From Acinetobacter wanghuae (GTDB taxonomy: Bacteria > Pseudomonadota > Gammaproteobacteria > Pseudomonadales > Moraxellaceae): a DNA stretch of 32,000 nucleotides. Below are positions 17,702 through 28,112 of this stretch, piece by piece (positions within the stretch are counted from its first letter, which is position 1; the number at the start of each line of letters is the position of its first letter). The notes beneath the pieces were generated by a model. It ran no database searches and was not told the origin of the DNA. It saw only the letters and a list, made by a program, of their open reading frames with translations. A program made the position numbers and the translations under genes. The DNA is taken from the NCBI RefSeq assembly GCF_009557235.1, contig NZ_CP045650.1, positions 240,001-272,000 of the forward strand, written 5' to 3'.

Positions 17702-18301
17702 TTGGCGGTGTCTATGACTACAGGTCGTATCCTGAATATTCCAAATATCTTGACCTTGGCGCGTATTGTCTTAATTCCAGTATTTTTGTTGGTCGCATAT
17801 TGGCCACCTGCTGTAGGAATCAATGATGCTGCACCAAATGTGACGCGGCATTTAATTTTAACTGCAATTTTTGTAGTGGCTGCAATTACCGATTGGTTTG
17901 ACGGCTACTTGGCACGATCATTAAATCAGACCTCAGCATTTGGTCGTTTTCTTGACCCTGTGGCAGATAAGTTAATGGTTGCAGCGGCACTGATTGTGTT
18001 GGTGCAATGGCAACCGACCATTTCGATGGCATTTGCTGCAATTGTGATTATTTCTCGTGAAATTACGGTATCTGCATTACGTGAATGGATGGCAGAGTTG
18101 GGTGCGCGCACGAATGTTGCGGTGTCTACTGTCGGTAAATATAAAACTGCATTTCAAATGATTGCGATTAGCGTGTTCTTATTGAACTGGCGACCATTGG
18201 ATATGTTGGCATATGCTTTACTTTATACGGCAGTTGTTTTGACGTTATGGTCAATGATGATTTATTTAAGAGCCGCTTGGCCGTATTTAAAACAGCCTTA
18301 A
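17702..18301 (+). CDS. pgsA: CDP-diacylglycerol--glycerol-3-phosphate 3-phosphatidyltransferase
   Basis: CDP-alcohol phosphatidyltransferase motif DWFDGYLAR...G..LDPVADK. The start is either TTG 17702 (GAGGGG SD 5 nt upstream) or ATG 17714 (MTTGRILNIPN). Confidence 0.9.
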   Translation: MAVSMTTGRILNIPNILTLARIVLIPVFLLVAYWPPAVGINDAAPNVTRHLILTAIFVVAAITDWFDGYLARSLNQTSAFGRFLDPVADKLMVAAALIVLVQWQPTISMAFAAIVIISREITVSALREWMAELGARTNVAVSTVGKYKTAFQMIAISVFLLNWRPLDMLAYALLYTAVVLTLWSMMIYLRAAWPYLKQP

Positions 18302-18315
18302 TTTTGGCTTAAAGC

Positions 18316-18345
18316 AAAAAAGCTCCTTAAAAGGGGCTTTTTTTA
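18316..18345 (+). terminator. Rho-independent terminator after pgsA
   Basis: AAAAAGCTCC-TTAAAA-GGGGCTTTTTTT (one G-U pair), T-run. Confidence 0.65.
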
Positions 18346-18641
18346 TGTCTGATAGAAAGTGTTTCGTAAAATTATACGCAAAAAAATACCCAGCCTTTGG
18401 GGGAAGAACTGGGAATTAAATCGGGATATTTATCGCTATTATACAAAGATGTTTCCATCTTCTTGATTCTCATTATAGACAAATCATTTCGTCAGTCATG
18501 TGGCTTCTTGTAGCGGTATGTTGTTCTTTGTTGGCAGCAATGTAGAGAATATTTACATTTACTTGTTTTGATACAAATACTGCGGTCGAAAACGAACGAC
18601 CATGCCGTTCGCTTGTCTTGCAGTAAAAGAAGGTAGGGCAT

Positions 18642-18673
18642 AAAAAAGAATCCCCAATAATGGAGATTCTTTT
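18642..18673. terminator. Terminator-like hairpin in an ORF-free region
   Basis: A6-GAATCCCC-AATAAT-GGAGATTC-T4, one mismatch, flanked by an A-run and a T-run. Confidence 0.45.
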
Positions 18674-18764
18674 AGATTAAAGCCTACGCGGACTTTGTGC
18701 TTGTTTTACGCAGCTAAAACATAGTTTTAGCTCTTGCGGCGTGGCGGAGCAGTGCTCCGCTTTA

Positions 18765-19037
18765 TCACGCCTCAGGCTTTAGACCTTCGGCTTTTTCTAA
18801 GCTTGCATCGTTGCTAAAGAACTTCTCACGTTGTTCTTCAAGGAACTTTTTCGCTTCTGCTTCAAACACATTTAAACGTTTTTCATTGATTAACGTGGTT
18901 TGGTGTTTTAACCATTCACCCCAAGCTTGTTTAGACACATTGTCAAAATATTCTTGACCTTTTGCACCCGGAAATGGGGCAAAGTCTAAACCTTCCATTT
19001 CAGCCTGATACTTACGGCAAAATACTTGTCGAGACAT
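18765..19037 (-). CDS. yggX: Fe(2+)-trafficking protein YggX family
   Basis: 90 aa. [31 protein letters not shown]...[20 protein letters not shown] is characteristic of YggX. GGAG SD. Confidence 0.85.
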   Translation of the reverse strand: MSRQVFCRKYQAEMEGLDFAPFPGAKGQEYFDNVSKQAWGEWLKHQTTLINEKRLNVFEAEAKKFLEEQREKFFSNDASLEKAEGLKPEA

Positions 19038-19066
19038 ATCAATACTCCGAATTAAACTTTAAAAAT

Positions 19067-20497
19067 TTAAGCGTAAAGTTTCTCTAAACGCGTGTAGGCA
19101 CGAGCAATCGCAGCTTCAACTTGAGCAGGCGCAGTACCACCAATATGGTTACGTGCATTGACCGATGCTTCTAAAGTCAGTGCTTTTTCAAACACATCTT
19201 CAGAAATTAAGTCAGAGAACTGTTGAAGTTGTTCCAGCGTAAGCTCAGATAAATCTTTCGATTCTTGCACACCAAGTGCAACTGCTTTACCGACAATTTC
19301 ATGTGCATCACGGAACGCAACGCCATTTTTCACCAAGTAATCGGCAAGGTCAGTTGCAGTTGAGAAGCCACGAAGTGCTGCTTCACGCATTACTTCAATA
19401 TTTGGAACCAAGGCAGGAATCATGTCTGCAAATGCCATCACACAACCACGAACGGTATCAATAGCATCAAAGAGTGGTTCTTTATCTTCTTGGTTGTCTT
19501 TGTTATATGCCAACGGTTGACCTTTCATGAGCGTTAATAAGCTCATTAAGTCGCCATAAACACGACCGGTTTTACCACGAACCAGTTCAGGTACATCTGG
19601 ATTTTTCTTCTGCGGCATGATTGAAGAGCCTGTGCAGAAACGATCCGGAATATTCACGAATTTAAACTGCGCAGATGTCCAAAGAATCAGCTCTTCTGAC
19701 ATACGCGACAAATGCATCATAATAAGCGATGCAGCAGCATTGAACTCAATACCAAAATCACGGTCAGACACAGCATCGAGTGAGTTTTCACATACCGCTT
19801 CAAAACCTAGCAATTCAGCAGTGTATGCGCGGTCGATCGGATATGTTGTACCTGCAAGCGCAGCAGAACCGAGTGGCATGCGGTTGGCACGTTTACGGCA
19901 GTCAATAAGACGTTCTGAATCACGTACTAACATTTCAAACCACGCCATTAAATGGTGACCAAAAGTCACAGGCTGAGCTGTTTGAAGATGGGTAAAGCCC
20001 GGCATAATGGTTGCTGTATTTTGAGCAGCTAGACCCAAAATGCCTTTTTGCAATTTTTCTAATAATTTTAAAATAGCATCAATTTCATCGCGGACATATA
20101 AACGGATGTCTGTTGCCACTTGGTCATTACGGCTACGACCGGTATGCAGTTTTTTACCTGTAATGCCAATACGTTGAGTCAAACGCGACTCAATGTTCAT
20201 ATGCACATCTTCTAAATCAATGCGCCATTCAAAGTTACCTGCCTCAATATCCGCTTGAATTGCGGTTAAACCCGCGATGATGTCATCGCGTTCTTGTGTG
20301 GTCAGTACGCCCACTTTTGCAAGCATAGTTGCATGTGCAATTGAACCTGCAATATCTTGTTTATAAAAACGTTGGTCAAATTGCACAGATGCTGTAAATT
20401 CAGCAACAAAAGCATCAGTCGCTTCAGAAAAACGACCGCCCCACATACCCGAAGTTTGGGCTTGTGTTGGATGAGAGGAATTAGAAGATGTGGTCAT
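19067..20497 (-). CDS. argH: Argininosuccinate lyase
   Basis: 476 aa. Fumarate-lyase signature [12 protein letters not shown], and N-terminal WGGRFSE. Confidence 0.95.
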   Translation of the reverse strand: MTTSSNSSHPTQAQTSGMWGGRFSEATDAFVAEFTASVQFDQRFYKQDIAGSIAHATMLAKVGVLTTQERDDIIAGLTAIQADIEAGNFEWRIDLEDVHMNIESRLTQRIGITGKKLHTGRSRNDQVATDIRLYVRDEIDAILKLLEKLQKGILGLAAQNTATIMPGFTHLQTAQPVTFGHHLMAWFEMLVRDSERLIDCRKRANRMPLGSAALAGTTYPIDRAYTAELLGFEAVCENSLDAVSDRDFGIEFNAAASLIMMHLSRMSEELILWTSAQFKFVNIPDRFCTGSSIMPQKKNPDVPELVRGKTGRVYGDLMSLLTLMKGQPLAYNKDNQEDKEPLFDAIDTVRGCVMAFADMIPALVPNIEVMREAALRGFSTATDLADYLVKNGVAFRDAHEIVGKAVALGVQESKDLSELTLEQLQQFSDLISEDVFEKALTLEASVNARNHIGGTAPAQVEAAIARAYTRLEKLYA

Positions 20498-20595
20498 GTC
20501 GGCTCAATCAGATCAAAAGCAGTAGAACGAAAAAGAGTATAACAAATTCAAAGGCTATTGCCGAAGTCTCATCCGATCAATCTTTTACTCATCTG

Positions 20596-21642
20596 ATGGG
20601 GCAGCCCGTGCATTCTTATTTTTTTAGTCAATTGGGTAATTGGAAGTATTTGCTCGAGTTATTTGTTGCTGGCAATATTTTGGCATTGATTTTAAGTCTG
20701 GCTGAAGCGCAATCATGGCAAAATTTAGATGTTAAGCATTTGATTCAATATATGTTGTATATCAATTGGGTATTGTTGTCTTTTGCTGCATTTATTGAAA
20801 TATTCAATAGGTACTTTGAAAAAATGCGCATTCAATGGGCATTGCTGTGCGGCTTTTTACTACTACAAAGTATTGTTTTAATTACCACCATCAGTTTAAA
20901 TATTTTGCTGCATTTTGGGGTGAATTTTAATTTTCATCTGCTCACTACAGAACTTATTTTTAATCGAGTCGGCATGCATCTTAGTTTTGGCATGCTTTTA
21001 GGCACATTTTGTTTCAGATATCTTTATTTGAGAGAGCAATGGTCAAGACAACAATTGAGTGAATTGAATGCACGGATCCAAGCGATGCAAGCACGGATTC
21101 AACCGCATTTTTTATTTAATAGCTTAAATAGTGTCATCAGTTTGATTAGTATTGATCCCGATAAAGCAGAGCAAATGTTATTGAATTTATCTCGGCTGTT
21201 TCGTGCAAGTTTTCAAGAACTTAAACTGGTCAGTTTAAAAGAAGAGATTGAACTTTGTCAGCGTTATCTAGATATTGAACAGATGCGCTTAGGGGATCGT
21301 TTAAAGGTTGAATGGAAACTGGAAAACAAAGAACTGTATTCAACAGTTAAAATTCCATTGCTAACTTTACAACCATTGCTCGAAAATAGTATTTTCCATG
21401 GAGTTGAAAAAATTCTAACTAAGAGTACGATAAGTGTACTCATCGAAATATTGCAAAATCAAACCAATATTGTCATAACAAACCCATATACAAAGGATAA
21501 TAAAACGTTTAAAAAGGGGCATGGTATTGCAATTGAAAATGTAAAGCAGCGTCTAAAGGCTTATTATGGTCCGACCATGACGTTTCGTACATTTGCCGGT
21601 GAAGGGATGTTTACCACCGTCGTGCAATATCGCTATAAATAA
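20596..21642 (+). CDS. algZ: LytS/YehU-type sensor histidine kinase (AlgZ/FimS-like)
   Basis: Multi-TM N-terminus, then His_kinase motif IQPHFLFNSLNSV and an HATPase region (LQPLLENSIFHG). ORF 20488 overlaps argH. The ATG at 20596 (MGQPVHSYFF) is preferred. Confidence 0.8.
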   Translation: MGQPVHSYFFSQLGNWKYLLELFVAGNILALILSLAEAQSWQNLDVKHLIQYMLYINWVLLSFAAFIEIFNRYFEKMRIQWALLCGFLLLQSIVLITTISLNILLHFGVNFNFHLLTTELIFNRVGMHLSFGMLLGTFCFRYLYLREQWSRQQLSELNARIQAMQARIQPHFLFNSLNSVISLISIDPDKAEQMLLNLSRLFRASFQELKLVSLKEEIELCQRYLDIEQMRLGDRLKVEWKLENKELYSTVKIPLLTLQPLLENSIFHGVEKILTKSTISVLIEILQNQTNIVITNPYTKDNKTFKKGHGIAIENVKQRLKAYYGPTMTFRTFAGEGMFTTVVQYRYK

Positions 21643-21700
21643 AAATAAATCATGCAAAATATAAGAATGGTCACTGAGTTTGACTGCATAAGGAGGATAA

Positions 21701-22441
21701 ATGGACATCCTAATTTGTGATGATGAGCCTTTGGCGATCGAACGTTTAGCACGTTTAGTCACGCAATTGGGGCATGAGGTCGTCGCAAAAGCAACCCATG
21801 GTCAACAGGCAATTGATCTTGCACATCAATATGAACCCGATGTTATTTTACTTGATATTCAAATGCCTGAAATGGATGGCTTGGTGTGCGCACAGCATTT
21901 GCGTCAACTTGACCCCATGCCAGCCATCGTTTTTTGTACGGCTTATGATCAACATGCACTTGATGCATTTAAATCCAATGCTGAAGGGTACTTGCTAAAA
22001 CCGGTGATGCAACAGGATTTAGAACAGGTTTTAGAACATATTACGAAACTTACTCAAGCTCAACTGAGCCAATTAAAACAAAAAGAAAATATGCAAGAAC
22101 TGAATAATAGCCGCCATCAGATTGCGGCAAAAACGTATCGTGGGGTGGAACTGGTTCCGGTAGAAAATATTTACTATTTTTTAGCAGATCAGAAATATGT
22201 CACGGTGCGTCATAAAAATGGTAGCGTTTTAATTGATGAAACATTGAAAGATTTAGAGCGAGAATTTGGTTCCCAATTTATTCGAATTCATCGTAATGCT
22301 TTGGTTGCGGTCAGTTATCTTGATGGTCTAGAAGTGGTAAGTTCTGGTCAATATCAAGTGCGTTGCCGTGAACTTGAAGAACGCTTAGCGGTGAGTCGTC
22401 GTCATTTGCCCGTTCTACGTGAGCGAATTTTAAGTCTATAA
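21701..22441 (+). CDS. algR: LytTR-family response regulator (AlgR-like)
   Basis: REC domain (ILICDDEPLA...DVILLDIQMPEMDG) plus a LytTR DNA-binding domain (YFLADQKYVTVRH...RIHRNALV). AGGAGG SD. Synteny algZ-algR-hemC. Confidence 0.85.
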   Translation: MDILICDDEPLAIERLARLVTQLGHEVVAKATHGQQAIDLAHQYEPDVILLDIQMPEMDGLVCAQHLRQLDPMPAIVFCTAYDQHALDAFKSNAEGYLLKPVMQQDLEQVLEHITKLTQAQLSQLKQKENMQELNNSRHQIAAKTYRGVELVPVENIYYFLADQKYVTVRHKNGSVLIDETLKDLEREFGSQFIRIHRNALVAVSYLDGLEVVSSGQYQVRCRELEERLAVSRRHLPVLRERILSL

Positions 22442-22548
22442 GGCTAACCTCGATGCAGCATAGCGGAAACTTGCATAAATTCACTTGCATTTTAAAGTGA
22501 TCAGGTTAAGTTTAGACTATTGTTCTCAATTGGCTGTTACTTGAATTT

Positions 22549-23469
22549 ATGAAGACCCTGAAAATTGCGACTCGACAAAGTCCACTTGCGCTTTGGCAAG
22601 CGGAACATATCCGTGCACGTCTTGAAGCACTACACGCAGATCTGAAGGTCGAATTGGTTACTTTTGTGACGCAGGGCGATAAAATTCTAGATACACCCTT
22701 GGCAAAAATTGGTGGCAAAGGTCTATTTGTAAAAGAGCTTGAAGCTGCTTTATTAGATGGTCGTGCTGATTTAGCCGTACATTCTATGAAAGATGTGCCT
22801 ATGGCTTTGCCAACAGGCTTAAGTCTTGCTGTGATTTGTGAGCGAGAAGATCCTTTAGATGCCTTTGTATCAAACACTTATGCGCATTTTGATGAATTGC
22901 CACAAGGTGCAAAGGTTGGTACCTCAAGTTTACGTCGTAAAAGCCAAATTTTAAAACAACGTCCTGATTTAGAGATTATTGATTTACGTGGCAATGTCGG
23001 TACACGTTTATCTAAACTCGATGCAGGTCAATATGACGCGATTATTTTAGCTAGTGCGGGCTTAAAACGTTTAGGTCTTGCTGAACGGATTCGTCATACA
23101 CTAGATGCTGCGGTGAGCTTACCTGCTGTGGGTCAAGGCGCACTCGGTCTGGAATGCCGTGCCGATGATCAAGCTGTACTCGATTTAATCTTGCCATTAT
23201 TACATGCAGAAACTGATGCATGTGTCCGTGCCGAACGTGCCTTTAATGCTTATTTAGAAGGTGGTTGCCAAGTTCCAATCGCAGGTTATGCAACCTTGCA
23301 GGATGGAAAAATTGCGATCGAAGGTCGTGTCGGAAGTACAGATGGAACGACCTTACTCAAAGCCAATTTAAAAGGTGATATTGCAGAAGCTGAGCATTTA
23401 GGCGTGATCTTGGCACAAGATTTATTATCACAAGGCGCAGGCGACTTATTGAAAGCGCTCTATCAGTAA
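22549..23469 (+). CDS. hemC: Hydroxymethylbilane synthase (porphobilinogen deaminase)
   Basis: [20 protein letters not shown]..., GTSSLRR and RGNVGTRL motifs. Confidence 0.95.
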   Translation: MKTLKIATRQSPLALWQAEHIRARLEALHADLKVELVTFVTQGDKILDTPLAKIGGKGLFVKELEAALLDGRADLAVHSMKDVPMALPTGLSLAVICEREDPLDAFVSNTYAHFDELPQGAKVGTSSLRRKSQILKQRPDLEIIDLRGNVGTRLSKLDAGQYDAIILASAGLKRLGLAERIRHTLDAAVSLPAVGQGALGLECRADDQAVLDLILPLLHAETDACVRAERAFNAYLEGGCQVPIAGYATLQDGKIAIEGRVGSTDGTTLLKANLKGDIAEAEHLGVILAQDLLSQGAGDLLKALYQ

Positions 23470-23481
23470 GCTTCTAAATTC

Positions 23482-24261
23482 ATGTTATTTCTGAACACTC
23501 GACCGCCTGATCGTGCGGCTTTATTAAGCAATGATTTAAAAGCCGCAAAGATTAAGGTACTTGAATTACCCTTGCTTGAATTGGTTGAAGAACCTTATTC
23601 ACTGATGCTTGAAGGTTTATATCAACAGTTGCCACAAGCACATGTCATTGTGGTGGTGAGTCCAACAGCAGCACACGTCGGGATGCGTTATTTAGTGCAA
23701 GCGGGAATGACTTTACAAGCGTTGACAAAGATACAATGGATTGCTGTCGGTAAAGCCACACAGCGTACATTGGCTGAATACGGCATTTCTAGCATTGTGC
23801 CTGATGTTGAAACCTCTGAAGGCATGCTTGAATTACCTATACTTACAACACTCAAGCCTGAATCTACATTGGCTTTTTGGCGAGGTGAGGGAGGGCGTGT
23901 TTTTATGATGGATCATTTTCGACAGTTGGGTATTCAGGTACTCAATTTTGTTTTATACAAGCGTCGGTGTCCAAATAATACGCTTTCTCTTTTTCAGCAG
24001 TATGTGGGTCAGCTCAATCAAGCAGAGTGCTTTGCTGTATTGATTAGCAGTGAAGCAAGTTGGCTGAATTGGTTAAGCTTAGTCAATGCATATCCAAAAA
24101 TAGTTGAAAAAGCGTATTATTTAACCCTTGGTCCTCGTTTGACCAGACTTGTGAGTACATATCAACGCGAGCAAGGATTGACGTTAGGTTGGGTTGAAAT
24201 TGAAAACCTGCAAAAAGAAACGATTTTGCATCATCTAGATCGGATACAAGGGACATCATGA
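23482..24261 (+). CDS. hemD: Uroporphyrinogen-III synthase
   Basis: 259 aa, positioned after hemC, with a HEM4-like sequence (LNTRP...). ATGA overlap with the next gene. Confidence 0.8.
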   Translation: MLFLNTRPPDRAALLSNDLKAAKIKVLELPLLELVEEPYSLMLEGLYQQLPQAHVIVVVSPTAAHVGMRYLVQAGMTLQALTKIQWIAVGKATQRTLAEYGISSIVPDVETSEGMLELPILTTLKPESTLAFWRGEGGRVFMMDHFRQLGIQVLNFVLYKRRCPNNTLSLFQQYVGQLNQAECFAVLISSEASWLNWLSLVNAYPKIVEKAYYLTLGPRLTRLVSTYQREQGLTLGWVEIENLQKETILHHLDRIQGTS

Positions 24262-25100
24262 AAAAATTGGTATGGATCATCTCTATCTTGGCTTTACTAT
24301 GGATTATTAAGTTAAGTTATGATTTTTATGAACTTCATACCCAGCAGCTTGATGTCACCAATAAGATCGGTCAATTACAACAAGAAAATGCCAATCTCAA
24401 TGACCAAGTGATTGCTTTAAAACGGCAAATGACGTTGGTGAAGACAGCAAGTAAAGATGGTGAGTCAGCCAATCATTTAACAACTACAACTTTAGCTTCT
24501 ACAGCTGATGATACAGCTTTGGTACGTCAACAACTCGATTTGATTGAATTTGCCTTGCAGCAAAAGCAATATGCCACAGCTTTGGAAAAATTGAATCAAC
24601 TGGAACAGAGCTTAGCCCATTATCATTTGTCTGCGGCATTGAAAGACAGTCTGGAAGCCGTGGTGGTCAAAGATCGCAATATGCTCAAGCAGTTTATAGC
24701 GAATGAATTGGGTCAAATCAATAAACTCAAAGCCTTTATGCAGCAATTGGATGCAGAAATTGCAGTGGAAATGCAGCATCCTTATCAAGAGACAATACAT
24801 GAAACGCGCTCATTTTGGCAGCGTCTGATTCAGGTGGAATCGGTGAAGCAACCAAGTGCGTTGTTAATGCAGCGTAGCGTCATTTTGAAGGAAGCACAGC
24901 TACGTTTGCTCACGGCACAGAGTGCTTTGCAATCAGGTCAGCCTTTGGTGTTTGCCAAAGCAATTGATTCCGTTATAGAAGTCTTGAAACAATTGCCTGA
25001 TCAAAAAACCAAAACATGGATCAATCAACTGATCCGTATTAAAGCGATCCCAGCAACACCTCTTCCTATGCTGAACACGCGTACCTTGATTGGTGAATAG
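24258..25100 (+). CDS. hemX: HemX-like membrane protein (annotated in relatives as putative uroporphyrinogen-III C-methyltransferase)
   Basis: N-terminal TM plus coiled-coil, in the conserved hemCDXY position. Confidence 0.65.
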   Translation: MKKLVWIISILALLWIIKLSYDFYELHTQQLDVTNKIGQLQQENANLNDQVIALKRQMTLVKTASKDGESANHLTTTTLASTADDTALVRQQLDLIEFALQQKQYATALEKLNQLEQSLAHYHLSAALKDSLEAVVVKDRNMLKQFIANELGQINKLKAFMQQLDAEIAVEMQHPYQETIHETRSFWQRLIQVESVKQPSALLMQRSVILKEAQLRLLTAQSALQSGQPLVFAKAIDSVIEVLKQLPDQKTKTWINQLIRIKAIPATPLPMLNTRTLIGE

Positions 25101-25103
25101 AGT

Positions 25104-26297
25104 ATGAAACACATTTTAGTTGCTTATCTATTGGTTGCGTTGTTGGGGCTGGCGCTGTTAAGTGTCTTCAGTTATGGACATAGCATGGGCTACGTCTACT
25201 TATATTGGCGCGATTACCAACTGCAAACCAATATTTGGCTTTTGAGCTGTGGCTTGTTCTGGGTCAGTTTCTGCATTCATATGCTTTGGTATGCTTTAAA
25301 ACGTTATTTAAGCCGTGAACAGCGTAAAAATGAGACGGTTTTAAGTTTCTCTAGCTTACATCCCTATGAACAGTTAGCCGTTGTATGGCTACTCAATGCA
25401 GCCCATGATCAGCGCGATTTTATCCAACAAGCCTTTAGCGAATCAGGGCTATTAAAAGATGTGATTCAAGCGCGACTAAAAACTGGTGAGCAACAATTTG
25501 ATACTGCTTTATCAGCTTTAAATGCATCCAATCCGATGGCATTTGAGCTTGCTGAAGTGCAGCGTATCGAAATTTATTTAGCACAAGGTCACGGTGATCA
25601 AGCGCTCACCCATCTTGAATTTTTAAATCAACATGAATTATCGCCTTGGTTATATCAGGTGAAGACTGCTTATGAGCAACGGGTAAATATTCTATGGGGT
25701 AGTTTTGCATTGCATTATCCATGGTTGTATTTACGCTCGACGAAATATGGTCATTTAGAACGTCAAACCAAAATGAATTGGTTGGAACAATTATTATCAG
25801 CCTTCGATCAAGCCACTCACGATGATTTGGAATATTTAAAAAAACGCTATTGGGATTTAAGTGAGCATATTTTAGAAAGTGACTACGACGTTAAAATTTT
25901 GTGGTTGAAATTATTATTTAAAATCCCTGAAATGAGTGCTGAGCATGAAGCATTAGCAGAGCATTTATTGGAACAGCAGTTTAATCAGGATGTGTTTTAT
26001 TTGTGGTTTCAACAACAGTTACTCAAGCAAAATCCAGATTATATGGATGTTGAACAGCATATTGCACAATGGGAAAATAAATACCCCGCAATGCCTGTTT
26101 TAAGCTTTGCAAAATGGCATATTCTTCAGGCGACGCAGCGTCCTTTAGAAGCTGAGCAACTATTGGATTTATATCCACAAGATGTACGCATGAGTTATTT
26201 AAGGGTGAAATCAGCATTACAAGGACAGGATGCTTTATTACAGCAATTGAATGTCGTGTTTGAATCAAATATGAATTTTATTGACATTAAAATATAG
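25104..26297 (+). CDS. hemY: HemY-like protein (two N-terminal TM segments, helical/TPR-like C-terminus)
   Basis: 397 aa, with HemY_N-like topology, in the position after hemX. Confidence 0.65.
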   Translation: MKHILVAYLLVALLGLALLSVFSYGHSMGYVYLYWRDYQLQTNIWLLSCGLFWVSFCIHMLWYALKRYLSREQRKNETVLSFSSLHPYEQLAVVWLLNAAHDQRDFIQQAFSESGLLKDVIQARLKTGEQQFDTALSALNASNPMAFELAEVQRIEIYLAQGHGDQALTHLEFLNQHELSPWLYQVKTAYEQRVNILWGSFALHYPWLYLRSTKYGHLERQTKMNWLEQLLSAFDQATHDDLEYLKKRYWDLSEHILESDYDVKILWLKLLFKIPEMSAEHEALAEHLLEQQFNQDVFYLWFQQQLLKQNPDYMDVEQHIAQWENKYPAMPVLSFAKWHILQATQRPLEAEQLLDLYPQDVRMSYLRVKSALQGQDALLQQLNVVFESNMNFIDIKI

Positions 26298-26306
26298 GGA
26301 TTAAAT

Positions 26307-26735
26307 ATGTTTGAATTGACACAGTATCCGATTGTTTATGATCAAAAAATTGCATGGGGTGATATGGATGCCTTTGGACATGTCAATAACGTCATATTTC
26401 ATCGTTATATTGAAAGCGCCCGTTTAGCGTATTTAGATCAATTGGATATTTTATCAGAGCCTTTATTGACAGTTGTTTTAAGTAATCAATGTCATTATTT
26501 GAAGCCTGTCGTTTACCCTGATCAGTTAAAGGTTGGGGTCAAGGTTGAGGAAATTCGAAACAGTGCATTTAGAATGAAGTACACACTGTATAGTGAAGAG
26601 CAAAAAAGTATTGTTGCCAATGCTGAAGCAGTCATTGTATGCGTAGATAAAACCTCAATGCAAAAAATAAAAATACCTGAATATATCGTAGATAAAATAA
26701 AGCAGCTTGAACAGTCGGTCAATAATGTACTTTAA
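26307..26735 (+). CDS. 4HBT-type acyl-CoA thioesterase (YbgC/FcoT-like)
   Basis: 142 aa. The N-terminal WGDMDAFGHVNNVIFHRYIE is the catalytic-Asp hotdog motif. Confidence 0.75.
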   Translation: MFELTQYPIVYDQKIAWGDMDAFGHVNNVIFHRYIESARLAYLDQLDILSEPLLTVVLSNQCHYLKPVVYPDQLKVGVKVEEIRNSAFRMKYTLYSEEQKSIVANAEAVIVCVDKTSMQKIKIPEYIVDKIKQLEQSVNNVL

Positions 26736-26873
26736 ATAGTAACGTTATATCTTTTGTAGGTGTTGTATTTAATCCTGTATTTTAATAAAAGATATTGATT
26801 GAATATTATTTGTAATCTAAATATTATGTTTGGGTTATGTATAAAACAAATAATGTCATTTTTGGAGCGCGTT

Positions 26874-27197
26874 ATGCCGGATATTACGAATTTATCAGTT
26901 GAAGAGTTAAAACGTTTACAAGCCGAAGCTGAAATCCTGATTGCCTCGAAAAAAGATCAAGAGATTGAAGACGCATATTCCCAAGTACTGAGCATTGCTG
27001 AAAAGGTGGGTTTAAGTATCGAACAGCTTTTGGAATATGGCGCGACAAAACGTAAAAAAACATCACGTAAGTCGGTTGAACCACGCTACCGTAGCAAAGC
27101 AAATCCGACAGATACTTGGACAGGTCGTGGCAAGCAGCCCCGCTGGTTAGTGGCTGAACTTGAAAAAGGCGCTAAATTAGAAGATTTTCTAATCTAA
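26874..27197 (+). CDS. hns: H-NS family nucleoid-associated protein
   Basis: ORF 26799..27197. The ATG at 26874 follows GGAG by 6 nt. N-terminal coiled coil (LSVEELKRLQAEAEILIASKK) and C-terminal DNA-binding motif TWTGRGKQPRWL. Confidence 0.8.
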   Translation: MPDITNLSVEELKRLQAEAEILIASKKDQEIEDAYSQVLSIAEKVGLSIEQLLEYGATKRKKTSRKSVEPRYRSKANPTDTWTGRGKQPRWLVAELEKGAKLEDFLI

Positions 27198-27241
27198 TAC
27201 AATTTTGATCATCTCGGAGTACTATTTACTCTACGATTGAT

Positions 27242-27269
27242 AAACCAAGCATTCATGCTTGGTTTTTTT
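27242..27269 (+). terminator. Rho-independent terminator after hns
   Basis: AAACCAAGC-ATTCAT-GCTTGG followed by T7. Confidence 0.75.
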
Positions 27270-27368
27270 ATATCTATGAATTGGCGTAGCCGAAAAAGTG
27301 TGCATAATGTGGATATAAAGAAAATACGATAAAAAGGGATGCGTATTCAATATGTCGGGCTTGATGCG

Positions 27369-28112
27369 ATGAATAATAAAACCAAAAATTTCAGATGGTT
27401 GATGCTCGCTATTGTTGCTTTTTTTATTTTTGTTGTACTGCAAGTGCCAGCAGCATGGCTGATTGCAAAATTTTATAAAAATGGTCAATTTTTACATAAT
27501 GTCAGTGGCAATGTTTGGCAAGGCAGTGCGGATTGGCAAAAAGGGAATTTAAGAGGTAGTTTAAATTGGCAGTTAAGACCTCTAGAGTTGCTTTTGTTAC
27601 GTTTAGCCGCTGATGTTGATGTACATAGTGGTAATACTAAACTTTCCGGTACTGCAAGTTACAGCATGAATAAAACAATTTATATGCGAGATATGCAGGG
27701 GCAATTCGCGCCTGAGACCTTAAAGAAAGTTGCTGATTGGCAGTGGCCGAGCAATCCCATTCAATTTAAAGATATGCAATTCAAATATAAAAAGACTCAA
27801 GGTTTTAATCATGCTGATGGCAATTTACTGTGGTCAGGTGGTGAACTACTTTATACCTTTGCTCAGCGCCAAGAGCGAATGAATGTCCCTGTATTGTCAG
27901 CAAAATTAACCGATGAAAGTGGTCAGTTGGTTATTGATGTACGCGATAATCGCGAGCAAAGAATGATGAACATCAAACTTGATCCTGATTTGATGATCGA
28001 TGTGCAATTGACTCAACGTATGTTGTTGAATGTCCCTTCTTATGACGGCAATGCAGGACTTGATACCTACGTGATTAGCACGCGTCAACCCTTAATGGGG
28101 GCAATGAACTAA
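27369..28112 (+). CDS. gspN: Type II secretion system protein N
   Basis: N-terminal TM (FRWLMLAIVAFFIFVVLQVPAAW), GspN-like body, and TAATG overlap with gspC. The start is ambiguous (ATG 27339 or 27369). Confidence 0.7.
   Translation: MNNKTKNFRWLMLAIVAFFIFVVLQVPAAWLIAKFYKNGQFLHNVSGNVWQGSADWQKGNLRGSLNWQLRPLELLLLRLAADVDVHSGNTKLSGTASYSMNKTIYMRDMQGQFAPETLKKVADWQWPSNPIQFKDMQFKYKKTQGFNHADGNLLWSGGELLYTFAQRQERMNVPVLSAKLTDESGQLVIDVRDNREQRMMNIKLDPDLMIDVQLTQRMLLNVPSYDGNAGLDTYVISTRQPLMGAMN

Noticed and set aside
20488-20595. An N-terminal extension of the AlgZ-like kinase that overlaps the argH start.
   Set aside because: The extension is basic and low-complexity and overlaps the divergent argH 5' end. 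The ATG at 20596 gives an N-terminus that leads directly into the first TM helix.
22512-22877. A 121-aa minus-strand ORF.
   Set aside because: It is an antisense shadow within hemC.
27231-27488. An 85-aa minus-strand ORF spanning the hns terminator and the gspN start.
   Set aside because: It crosses a strong terminator hairpin and is antisense to the gspN 5' end, so it is likely spurious.
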